Part shown: piece by piece, positions 9,954 through 17,969 of the stretch
How the letters are laid out: the number at the start of each line of letters is the position of its first letter
How positions within the stretch are numbered: the stretch's first letter is position 1
Assembly (NCBI GenBank): GCA_041611735.1
Contig: JBFIML010000047.1
Coordinates: forward strand, 1 to 30,531
Length of the DNA: 30,531 bases
Reading direction: 5' to 3'
From: Myxococcota bacterium
Lineage (GTDB): Bacteria > Myxococcota_A > UBA9160 > PR03
Translations under genes and position numbers: made by a program
Notes under the pieces: generated by a model
The model's database searches: none
What the model saw: only the letters and a program-made list of their open reading frames with translations
Told to the model about the DNA's origin: nothing

Positions 9954-11558
9954 TCAGGCGCCGGCCTCCGCCCCCGGAGCCGTGCGCAGCGGGACGCCCT
10001 CGTCCCCCACCGCGTCGAGATCCAGGCCCCGGAACGCCGGCTGCTCCGCAGCGAGCCGCCGGGAGACCGCCCGGACGTCGTAGGGTCCGTCGAAGCCCGG
10101 CAGCCCGAGCTCGGCGCCGAGGAGCCACAGCACCTCGCCGTCGGCGCGGGCCTCGAAGGGCGGCTCCACCGCCGGCCGGACCCGCTGCACGCGGCCCGCG
10201 TGGTTGGTGAGGGTCCCGTACTTCTCGGCGGCGTGACGCACCGGGATCACCACGTGCGCCACCTGCTCGAGCCGCGCGTGGCGGGTGTCGAGCCAGATCA
10301 CGGTGTCGAGCCCCTTCAGGGCCGCCGGGTCCTCGCCCAGGTAGGCCGCGTCCAGGACGTCGTGGCCCAGGACGAGCAGGCCCTGCACGCCACCGCTGCG
10401 CAGGCGCTCGAGCACGGGCGCCGCATCCCCGAAGCCGAGTGCGCGCGCGCCGGCCGCATTGGCGGCCTTCTCCGCCTGGACCAGCAGGTCGTCCGCCTCG
10501 CCCCGCACCACCGCGAACCCGGCCGTCTCGCTGCCGAGGGCGTCGAGCAGGCGGCGCAGCACGAAGAGGTCCTCGTTGGTCGCGTGCGGGGACGCCAGGG
10601 CGGCCACGACACCGGGACCCTGCGCCTGGAGCAGGCGCCCGAGACGGGCCGCGGCGGCGGCGACGGCCGTCGCCAGGGGGACGGCCTCAAGACGCCCCTC
10701 CGGCCCCCGCACCTGGGGCAGTTGCAGCCGGTCCGCCGCGCCGATCGCCTTGTAGGAAAGACGCCCCGCGTCGCACATCCAGGTCTCGTTCACCGCGTCG
10801 TTGCGCCGCGGCACGTAGCGGTAGACCTTGTTGTTGGCGACCCCGGCGTGGACGTTGCACCCGTTGGCGCACCCCGTGCAGACTCCGGGCACGTCCTCCA
10901 GGAACCAGACCCGGATCCGGAAGCGGAAGTCCTTGGTGGTGAGCGCTCCGACGGGGCAGATGTCGGCCACGTTCATGGAGTAGGGGTTGTCCAGCTCCGT
11001 GCCGGGGAACGTCTCGATCACCGAGCGATCGGCCCGCGCGAAGATGCCCAGCTCCCCGGTCTTCGGCACCTCGCGACAGAAGCGCACGCAGCGCCGGCAC
11101 AGAATGCAGCGCTCCTGGTCGAAGACGATGGTCGGCCCGAGGTCGACCCGCTTCTTGAGCGCTCGCCGCGGCTCGCGCGTGCGGGCGTGGGCCACGCCGT
11201 AGGCAAAGGCGTAGTCCTGGAGCTTGCACTCGCCGGCCTGGTCGCAGATCGGGCAGTCGAGGGGATGGTTCACCAGCAGGAGCTCCATCACCCCCTCGCG
11301 GGCCTGCTTGACCCGCTCCGTGTCGGTACGGATCACCATGCCCTCCTGGACCAGGGTGTTGCAGGCGATCTGGAGCTTGGGGATCCCTTCCACCTCTACC
11401 TGGCACAGCCGGCAGGAGCCGTCGATGGAGAGCTTCGGGTGCCAGCAGTAGTGGGGGACCTCGATCTCGCTCATGAGCAGGCCGAGGTCGTCGAGCGCCT
11501 GGAGGATCGTGCGCCCCTCCACCACCTGGAGCTCCCGGCCGTCGACGGTTATGCGCAT
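9954..11558 (-). CDS. nuoG: NADH-quinone oxidoreductase subunit G (short form, 534 aa)
   Basis: N1b (HYCWH...SCRLC...IACNT), N5 (HPLDCPICDQAGEC), N4 (CILCRRC...DICPVGAL) and an N7-type CTGCANGC...MCD motif. The C-terminal part is molybdopterin-oxidoreductase-like (AEKYGTLTNHAGRVQ). Confidence 0.93.
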   Translation of the reverse strand: MRITVDGRELQVVEGRTILQALDDLGLLMSEIEVPHYCWHPKLSIDGSCRLCQVEVEGIPKLQIACNTLVQEGMVIRTDTERVKQAREGVMELLLVNHPLDCPICDQAGECKLQDYAFAYGVAHARTREPRRALKKRVDLGPTIVFDQERCILCRRCVRFCREVPKTGELGIFARADRSVIETFPGTELDNPYSMNVADICPVGALTTKDFRFRIRVWFLEDVPGVCTGCANGCNVHAGVANNKVYRYVPRRNDAVNETWMCDAGRLSYKAIGAADRLQLPQVRGPEGRLEAVPLATAVAAAAARLGRLLQAQGPGVVAALASPHATNEDLFVLRRLLDALGSETAGFAVVRGEADDLLVQAEKAANAAGARALGFGDAAPVLERLRSGGVQGLLVLGHDVLDAAYLGEDPAALKGLDTVIWLDTRHARLEQVAHVVIPVRHAAEKYGTLTNHAGRVQRVRPAVEPPFEARADGEVLWLLGAELGLPGFDGPYDVRAVSRRLAAEQPAFRGLDLDAVGDEGVPLRTAPGAEAGA

Positions 11559-11612
11559 CGCTGGACTCTGCTGGCCAGGGATCGCTGCGCGAAGGCTGTG
11601 GCGCCTTGCACG

Positions 11613-12908
11613 TCAGAGCTCGAAGCTCTGGGGGAAGGGGCACTTCTCGTGCTCGAGGTGCGCCTCGAAGTCCGAGCGGAAGTGGCGCAGCAGACCCTGG
11701 ACCGGCCAGGCGGCGGCATCGGAAAAGGCGCAGATGGTCTGCCCCTCCATCTTGCCGGCCACGTCCAGCAGCACGTCCAGGTCGTGGGGCTCGCCGGCGC
11801 CCCGCTCGATGCGTTGCACGATCTTGTGCAGCCAGCCCGTCCCCTCCCGACACTGGGTGCACTGTCCGCAGGACTCGTCGCGGAAGAACCAGGTGATCAC
11901 GGCGGCGACGCGCACCATGCACGTCGTGTCGTCCATCACCATGATGCCGCCGGTGCCGAGCATGGTCTTGCGCTCGCGGAGGAACTCGTTGGCCATCGGG
12001 ACGTCGAGCTGGTCGGCGGGCAGGATCGGCATGGACATGCCGCCGGGGATCACGCCCTTCACTCGGCGGCCGTCCGGGACGCCGCCGGCGTGCTCGAAGA
12101 CGATCTCGTCCAGGCGCGTGCCGAGGGACAGCTCATAGAGTCCGGGGCGCTTCACGTGGCCGGACACCCCGAAGAGCGTCGTGCCGGGGCTCTTGTCGGT
12201 GCCGAAGCCGCGGAACCAGTCCGGTCCGTGGCGGATGATGTGCGGCACGTGGCAGAAGGTCTCCACGTTGTTCACGGTGGTGGGCATGCCGAAGGCGCCG
12301 TACTGGGCCGGGAAGGGCGGCTTCTTGCGGGGCTGACCCTTCTTTCCCTCCAGCGATTCGAGCAGCCCCGTCTCCTCGCCGCAGATGTAGGCGCCGGCGC
12401 CGTAGGTCAGGACCACGTGGTGCCGGAAGCCCGTGCCGAGCACGTCGTCGCCGAGCACCCCGGCCCGGTAGGCCTGTTCGATGGCCCGCTGGAGCGTGGC
12501 CCCGGGGCCGGCGTACTCCCCCCGCACGTACACGAAGGTCTTCTCGGCCCCGGTCGCCCGGGCCCCGATCAGGATCCCCTCGAGGATCTGGTGGGGAGTG
12601 CGCTCCATCAGGAAGCGGTCCTTGAAGGATCCCGGCTCGGACTCGTCGGCGTTGCAGACCAGGTACTTGGGCTTGTGGGCGTCCTTCGGCATGAAGGACC
12701 ACTTGAGCCCGGTGGAGAAGCCGGCGCCGCCGCGGCCCTGGAGGCCGGCGTCCTTGACGGCCTCGGTGACCTCGTCGGGCTGCATCTCCGTGATGGCGCG
12801 ATGCGCGGCCTCGTATCCGCCGTGCGCCCGGTAGCCCTCCAGGCCGACGAAGGCATCGTCCGCGCAGTGCTCGGTCAGGTAGCTGGTGACCCAGGGGACC
12901 TTCTGCAC
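11613..12908 (-). CDS. nuoF: NADH-quinone oxidoreductase subunit F, about 431 aa
   Basis: Motifs GRGGAGFSTG, CNADESEPG, GAGAYICGEETGLLESLEG, and N3 ligands ESCGQCTQCREG...TICAF. GTG at 12908 has GGAG upstream. Confidence 0.95.
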   Translation of the reverse strand: MQKVPWVTSYLTEHCADDAFVGLEGYRAHGGYEAAHRAITEMQPDEVTEAVKDAGLQGRGGAGFSTGLKWSFMPKDAHKPKYLVCNADESEPGSFKDRFLMERTPHQILEGILIGARATGAEKTFVYVRGEYAGPGATLQRAIEQAYRAGVLGDDVLGTGFRHHVVLTYGAGAYICGEETGLLESLEGKKGQPRKKPPFPAQYGAFGMPTTVNNVETFCHVPHIIRHGPDWFRGFGTDKSPGTTLFGVSGHVKRPGLYELSLGTRLDEIVFEHAGGVPDGRRVKGVIPGGMSMPILPADQLDVPMANEFLRERKTMLGTGGIMVMDDTTCMVRVAAVITWFFRDESCGQCTQCREGTGWLHKIVQRIERGAGEPHDLDVLLDVAGKMEGQTICAFSDAAAWPVQGLLRHFRSDFEAHLEHEKCPFPQSFEL

Positions 12909-12916
12909 CGCGCGCC

Positions 12917-13384
12917 CTACTCCAGCGCATCGAGGATCTGCTTGGCCCGCTCGGGACCGAGATCCTCGTGGTAGGTGCCGTCCACGCGCATCATGGGCGC
13001 CCAGCCGCAGGCCCCGAGACACTCCTCGTGCCCCAGGGTGATGCGGCCGTCCCGCGTCGTCTCCCCGGCGTGCACGCCGAGGTGTGTCTCGAGGGCACGG
13101 AGCAGCCCCCGGGCACCGCGCAGCGAACAGGGCAGGTTGGTGCACACGTACACGTGGTGCCGACCTTGAGGTTGGTCGTAGAACATGTTGTAGAAGGTGA
13201 CGACCTCCATCACCTCGACGGGGTGTAGACCGAAGAGCGATGCCACGGCGTTGGCGGCCTCGCGGTCGATGTGGCCGCGCTCCCGTTGCACCAGGTGGAG
13301 GGCCAGGAGCAGCGCGCCCCGCTTGTGGGGATAGCGCGCCATCTCGGCTTCGATGGCGGTACGCGTCTGTGCGGAGATCACCAC
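12917..13384 (-). CDS. nuoE: NADH-quinone oxidoreductase subunit E, about 155 aa
   Basis: EVVTFYNMF plus 2Fe-2S ligands VCTNLPC and ECLGACGWAPM. The start is GTG at 13384 or 13381, overlapping the nuoA end. Confidence 0.93.
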   Translation of the reverse strand: MVISAQTRTAIEAEMARYPHKRGALLLALHLVQRERGHIDREAANAVASLFGLHPVEVMEVVTFYNMFYDQPQGRHHVYVCTNLPCSLRGARGLLRALETHLGVHAGETTRDGRITLGHEECLGACGWAPMMRVDGTYHEDLGPERAKQILDALE

Positions 13385-13731
13385 TCGAGGGCTCCCTTCA
13401 TCCAGACGTAGGTCAGGCCGACGGCCAACACGCCGACGAAGGTGAACATCTCGATGAAGCCGAACCAGCCGAGCTCCGTGAAGAGCGCACCCCACGGGTA
13501 GAGGAAGACGGCCTCCACGTCGAACAGGATGAAGAGCATGGCGACCAGGTAGAACTTCACCGAATAGCGCTGGTGGGGCGAGACGAGCTGCCGTTCACCG
13601 CACTCGAAGGGCTCGAGCTTCTCTGCGAAGCGGCGGCGCGGACCCACGAGCAGGTGGATTCCGAGCAGCGCGCCGGCCATGACCAGCGCGATGGCGAGGA
13701 TGACCACGACGCCGCGGTACTCGGCGAGCAT
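13378..13731 (-). CDS. nuoA: NADH-quinone oxidoreductase subunit A, 117 aa
   Basis: Motifs KLEPFECG, FYLVAMLFILFDVEAVFLYPW, WMKGALEW. AGAGGGGA lies just upstream of the ATG. Confidence 0.95.
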   Translation of the reverse strand: MLAEYRGVVVILAIALVMAGALLGIHLLVGPRRRFAEKLEPFECGERQLVSPHQRYSVKFYLVAMLFILFDVEAVFLYPWGALFTELGWFGFIEMFTFVGVLAVGLTYVWMKGALEW

Positions 13732-13803
13732 GCTTCCCCTCTTGGCACCGCCCGAGGCCCGGGAACGCCACAAGCGCGCGTGTGGCTTGCGAAAACGCGC
13801 TGG

Positions 13804-13832
13804 ACGGTAGCCGTGGCCCCTGGCAAGGTCAA
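13804..13832 (-). promoter_or_regulatory. Putative sigma70 promoter of the nuo operon, TTGACC-N17-TACCGT
   Basis: On the minus strand, -35 TTGACC (13832-13827), a 17-nt spacer, and -10 TACCGT (13809-13804), about 70 nt upstream of nuoA. Confidence 0.6.
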
Positions 13833-13878
13833 GAAATCCGGCGGCGAAGGGCATGCGCTCGTGCGATAGACTCGCCGC

Positions 13879-14889
13879 ATGTCGCTCCCGGTAGGCGTGA
13901 TCGGCGCGGGCAGCTTCGGAACCTGCCTGGCGCTGCTCTCCGCCTGGCAGGGTCACGACGTCACGCTCTGGGCGCGTGACCCCCGCCTGGCGCACGCCAT
14001 CCAGCGCACCCGCTTCAACCCCCGCTACCTCTCGGACGTGGAGTGCCCCCCGAACCTGCGCGCCACGGAAGACCTGGAAGAGGCCCTGCGGGAGCGGGGC
14101 ATCGTGATCCTGGCGGTGCCGAGCCACGGGGTGCGGGAGGTGATGGGACGGGCCCGCGAGCACATGGCAGCGGACGCGATCCTCGTCTCGACGGTGAAGG
14201 GGATCGAGACGGAAACGGGCCGGACCATGGACCAGGTGCTGGCGGAGGTGCTCGCCCCCGCCCACCACCCGCGGCTCACCTTCCTCTCGGGACCCTCCTT
14301 CGCACGAGAGGTGGCCCAGCGCAAGCCGACCGTGGTGACGGTGGCCTGCCGGCAGGAGGCCTTCGCCGTAGCGGTGCAGACCGCCCTGGCCTGCCCCTGG
14401 TTCCGCATCTACTCCCACACCGACGTGCTCGGCGTGGAGCTGGGCGGCGCCCTCAAGAACGTAGTGGCCATCGCGGTCGGGATCAGCGACGGCCTTGGCC
14501 TCGGTCACAATGCACGGGCCGCCACCATGACCCGCGGGCTCGCGGAGATCACCCGGCTGGGGGTCCGCATGGGAGCAAATCCCCTCACCTTCCTCGGTTT
14601 GTCGGGAATGGGCGACCTGGTCCTCACCTGCACGGGCGACCTGTCGCGCAACCGGCAGGTGGGTCTCGAGCTGGGACGGGGGCGCAAGCTGGAGGAGATC
14701 CTGGGCGGCATGACCCAGGTGGCCGAGGGGGTGCGGACGACCGCGGCCGCCTGTGCCCTGGCGGATCGGCTCGGCGTGGAGCTGCCAATCGCGGAGATGG
14801 TGCGTAGCGTGCTGGACGGCGAGCTCGAGCCGGCGGAGGGCGTACACGCCCTGATGACGCGGCAGCTTCGCAGCGAGAAGGATCACTAG
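13879..14889 (+). CDS. gpsA: NAD(P)H-dependent glycerol-3-phosphate dehydrogenase
   Basis: Motifs GAGSFGT, LSGPSFA, ELGGALKNV, TRGLAEI, GMGDLVLTC...SRN, VAEGV. Confidence 0.96.
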   Translation: MSLPVGVIGAGSFGTCLALLSAWQGHDVTLWARDPRLAHAIQRTRFNPRYLSDVECPPNLRATEDLEEALRERGIVILAVPSHGVREVMGRAREHMAADAILVSTVKGIETETGRTMDQVLAEVLAPAHHPRLTFLSGPSFAREVAQRKPTVVTVACRQEAFAVAVQTALACPWFRIYSHTDVLGVELGGALKNVVAIAVGISDGLGLGHNARAATMTRGLAEITRLGVRMGANPLTFLGLSGMGDLVLTCTGDLSRNRQVGLELGRGRKLEEILGGMTQVAEGVRTTAAACALADRLGVELPIAEMVRSVLDGELEPAEGVHALMTRQLRSEKDH

Positions 14890-14930
14890 GAACGCGTTCG
14901 CAAATTTCTCCCGGGCCGTCCGCCCGTCCA

Positions 14931-14958
14931 TTGACGAGGGCTCACAGGCGGATAGCCT
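14931..14958 (+). promoter_or_regulatory. Putative sigma70 promoter TTGACG-N16-TAGCCT for the iron permease
   Basis: TTGACG at 14931-14936 and TAGCCT at 14953-14958, directly upstream of the Fur-like box. Confidence 0.5.
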
Positions 14959-14965
14959 TCCAATC

Positions 14966-14984
14966 GAAAACGATTTTCATTTTC
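14966..14984. promoter_or_regulatory. Fur-like box GAAAACGATTTTCATTTTC
   Basis: An AT-rich 19-mer imperfect palindrome in a very GC-rich background, matching GATAATGATAATCATTATC at 14/19 positions. It sits at the predicted transcription start of an iron permease gene. Confidence 0.7.
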
Positions 14985-15017
14985 TCTCCCGGGTTCCTGC
15001 GAGGCCCCCAAAGACCC

Positions 15018-17003
15018 GTGCCCCACCGCGCCGCACCTCTCCGCGACGCCTCCCCGGCCGCCCGGCCCGCCTGGGCCGGGCGACTCGGGGCGCTCGGGCT
15101 CGCCCTGGTGCTGGGGCTTCCCGGAGCCGCGGCGCAGGACCGCGACGAGGTGGCCCAGCGCACGGTGCATCTGCTGGAGTACGTGGCGATCGACTACCCG
15201 GCCGCCGTCCAGGATGGCCGGGTGGTGAGCGAGCTCGAGTACCGCGAGCAGCTCGACTTCCTGGCCGAAGTGGCGCTGCAGCTGGACACCCTGGGTGTGC
15301 CCGAGGCCGATCCGCTGCGGGACGGGTTGGCCGCCCTGGAGGAGGCGGTGCGGGCGCGAGCAGCGGCCTCGCGGGTGGCCGAGGGCGCGCAGTCGCTCTC
15401 CGACCGGCTGGTGCGCCGCTTCGACGTCTCGGTCCTGCCGCCGCGACCGCCCTCCGTGGAGCGCGGCCGGGCCCTCTACGCGGAGCACTGCGCCTCCTGT
15501 CACGGGCCGGCGGGCCGGGGCGACGGCCCCGCCGGCGTCGCCCTCGATCCCGCTCCGGGGGACCTCACCGACCGGGAGCGCATGCTGGCGCTCAGTCCTG
15601 CGGGCCTGTTCCGCACCATCACCTTCGGCGTGGCGGGCACGGGCATGGCCGGCTACGCGGACTCGCTCGACGAGCGCGCTCGCTGGGACCTCGCCTTCTT
15701 CTCGGGCTCTCTCGCATTCCACCCGGACGAGGTGGCGCGGGGCCGCACCCGCCTGGCGGGGGGCGGGGACCTCGCCGGGGCCGCGACTCCCACCCTCGCC
15801 GACCTGGCGCAGCGGCCAGCCCGGGAGCTCGGGATCGATCCGGCCACCATGGAGGTGGTCGCCTACCTGCGCACGCGGCCCCAGGCGCTGGCGGAAGGGG
15901 AGCTGCCCCTGGACGTGGCGCGCGCCCGCCTGCGCGCCTCGTGGCAGGCCTACGGCGAGGGCGACCGCCGCCGCGCCCTCGATCTGGCCATCTCGGCCTA
16001 CCTGGACGGCTTCGAGCATGCGGAGCCGGCGCTGGCCAGCGTCGATCGGGAGCTGCGGCTGCGCGTCGAGGACGACTTCCTGCGCTACCGCGGCCTGCTG
16101 CGCGAAGGCCAGCCCCCCGAGCAGGTGGCGGGCGTGTTCACGCGCCTCGAGGAGGGTCTCGCCGCCGCCCAGCAGAGCCTGGAGGGAGCCCGCTTCGGAC
16201 GCAGCGCGGCCTTCCTGGGCTCCTTCGCCATCGCCACCCGCGAAGGGCTCGAGGCCGTGCTGCTGGTGGTCGCGCTGTGCACGATCCTCGTCCGCGCCGG
16301 CCGCCGCGAGGGGCTTCGTTACGTGCACGCCGGCTGGCTGGCCGCCCTCGGCGCCGGGGCCGTCACCTGGTGGACCGCCCAGGAGCTGGTGCGCATCTCG
16401 GGCGCCGGGCGCGAGGTGATCGAGGGCGTGACGGCGCTGCTCGCCACCGGCATCCTCTTCTATGTGAGCTACTGGCTCGTCTCCAAGGTGGAGGTGGCGC
16501 GCTGGCAGACGTTCCTGCACCAGCGCATGCACTCCGCCCTCTCGCGCGGTTCGTTGTGGACGCTGGCCGGCGTCTCGTTCGTGGCGGTCTACCGCGAGGC
16601 GTTCGAGACGGTGCTCTTCTACCAGGCGCTGTTTGCCCAGGCGGGGCCCGGCGGCACACGGCCGATCCTGGCTGGCATGGCCGGCGGGGTCGCGCTGCTC
16701 GGCCTGCTGGCGGCCGTGGTGTTCCGCTTCGGTCTGCGCCTGCCCATGCGTCACTTCTTCGCGGCGAGCTCGGCCCTGCTGTACGCCCTCGCCATCGTGC
16801 TGGCGGGGCACGGCGTGGCGGCGCTCCAGGAGGCCGGCTGGCTGCCTGCCACCTTCGTGCCCGTGCTGCGCTTCGAGTGGCTCGGTATCCATCCCACCCT
16901 GGAAGGGCTCGGTCTCCAGGGCGTGCTGCTGGCCGTGGCCGCGCTCGGGATCCTGGTCATGCTGCTCCAGCGCCGTCCGCAGGCGAGCCTGCCGGCCGCC
17001 TAG
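15018..17003 (+). CDS. Cytochrome c / FTR1 (EfeU/PbrT-like) iron permease, about 661 aa
   Basis: Signal-peptide-like N-terminus, one heme motif CASCH with a later Met (GTGMAGY), YLDGFE, and two REXXE motifs (REGLE, REAFE) in a multi-TM C-terminal domain. I chose the GTG at 15018 because the ORF-track start at 14931 is the -35 box. Confidence 0.9.
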   Translation: MPHRAAPLRDASPAARPAWAGRLGALGLALVLGLPGAAAQDRDEVAQRTVHLLEYVAIDYPAAVQDGRVVSELEYREQLDFLAEVALQLDTLGVPEADPLRDGLAALEEAVRARAAASRVAEGAQSLSDRLVRRFDVSVLPPRPPSVERGRALYAEHCASCHGPAGRGDGPAGVALDPAPGDLTDRERMLALSPAGLFRTITFGVAGTGMAGYADSLDERARWDLAFFSGSLAFHPDEVARGRTRLAGGGDLAGAATPTLADLAQRPARELGIDPATMEVVAYLRTRPQALAEGELPLDVARARLRASWQAYGEGDRRRALDLAISAYLDGFEHAEPALASVDRELRLRVEDDFLRYRGLLREGQPPEQVAGVFTRLEEGLAAAQQSLEGARFGRSAAFLGSFAIATREGLEAVLLVVALCTILVRAGRREGLRYVHAGWLAALGAGAVTWWTAQELVRISGAGREVIEGVTALLATGILFYVSYWLVSKVEVARWQTFLHQRMHSALSRGSLWTLAGVSFVAVYREAFETVLFYQALFAQAGPGGTRPILAGMAGGVALLGLLAAVVFRFGLRLPMRHFFAASSALLYALAIVLAGHGVAALQEAGWLPATFVPVLRFEWLGIHPTLEGLGLQGVLLAVAALGILVMLLQRRPQASLPAA

Positions 17004-17004
17004 C

Positions 17005-17868
17005 ATGAAGGCCCTCGCCACGCGGCGGGGCGGCGCGCTGCTGGCGGCGCTCGTGCTGGCCGTCCTGCCGGGCTGCGGTCCTCGCTTCGTGCGCGAGACC
17101 GTCTTCCAGGAGGGCGAGATCGTCGCGCGAGTGCGCTGGCAACGGCAGGGCGGAGACCCCGTCGAGCGCGGCTTCGCCCATCCGGTCACGATCTCCCCGG
17201 TGCGCCTCGCCCACATCCTCTCGAACGTCGACGTCCGCTTCGAGAAGACCGAGGAGGACGAGCGGCAGCTCGCCATCCCGACGGAGCTCCTCTACCCGAT
17301 CGGCGAGGCCTTGGCCCGGGGGCTGGCCCGCGCCGACTCGAGCCAGGAGGTGGTGGTGACCGCCGTACGGCGCGAGCGCCGCCTCGGGATCTTCACGCGG
17401 CGCTTCCTGACCGGACTCGTGGCCTACGTGGAGAGCGAGAACCTGGTGCTCCACCTCTCACACCTGGACTGGGAAGTGCCGAGGGGGGAGAAGGACGAGC
17501 TGCCCGAGCCCTGGGCGAACCGCCCGCGCATGGGCTTCCGCGTGCTGTCTGCCGAGGGCATCACGCCGGCGGGTCCCCAGGCGCTGACGGTGACCTGGCG
17601 GGACCCTCGCTTCCGCAGCCCGCGCAGCCTGCGCGTCGGACCCACGGGCCGGGTGCTGCGACGCACCATCCTGATGGAGAGCGCACCGGAGCCGGCGGCG
17701 CCGCAAGGGGGCGCCGGGGTGGAAGACGCCCTGGATCCGGCGACGCTGCGCGCCCTGGCGGACCTGGAGGAGGCGCGCCGCCGTGGCGAGCTCACGGAGG
17801 CGGAATATCAGGCCCGCCGCCGCGAGCTCCTGGGCGGGGAGCCCGAGCCCGCGTCCAATCCACCCTGA
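17005..17868 (+). CDS. Putative lipoprotein with C-terminal SHOCT domain, 287 aa
   Basis: ATG 1 nt after the permease stop. Basic N-region, hydrophobic core and lipobox LPG-C24. The C-terminus LRALADLEEARRRGELTEAEYQARRRELL is SHOCT-like. Confidence 0.8.
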   Translation: MKALATRRGGALLAALVLAVLPGCGPRFVRETVFQEGEIVARVRWQRQGGDPVERGFAHPVTISPVRLAHILSNVDVRFEKTEEDERQLAIPTELLYPIGEALARGLARADSSQEVVVTAVRRERRLGIFTRRFLTGLVAYVESENLVLHLSHLDWEVPRGEKDELPEPWANRPRMGFRVLSAEGITPAGPQALTVTWRDPRFRSPRSLRVGPTGRVLRRTILMESAPEPAAPQGGAGVEDALDPATLRALADLEEARRRGELTEAEYQARRRELLGGEPEPASNPP

Positions 17869-17969
17869 TCGACCCCGCGGGGCGAGTGCGGTGTCGGGCC
17901 CCCGGCCCGAGGTTGGCGTAACCTGCCGGGCTTCCTCGAGCACCCATCCGGAAGGGCCCCACAGCCAGC

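Noticed and set aside
9687-12974. Very long alternative-frame/antisense ORFs (e.g. 9687..12974, 17783..21790, 19944..23675, 5789..8371, 2321..4636, 14886..17276, 27896..30013)
   Set aside because: They overlap well-supported genes and have no recognisable motifs. Such shadow ORFs are expected from stop-codon scarcity in high-GC, codon-biased DNA.
13378-13384. Assembly deletion or pseudogenisation as the explanation for missing nuoBCD/nuoI
   Set aside because: Both junctions show start/stop overlaps with intact flanking genes and no remnants.
14931-15017. ORF-track N-terminal extension of the iron permease starting at TTG 14931
   Set aside because: That TTG is part of the -35 box and the extension runs through the Fur-like box. 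The GTG at 15018 gives a sensible signal peptide.
17869-17969. Possible sigma54 promoter (TGGCGT...) upstream of the fusion gene
   Set aside because: It lacks a TTGC/GC -12 element at the required spacing.
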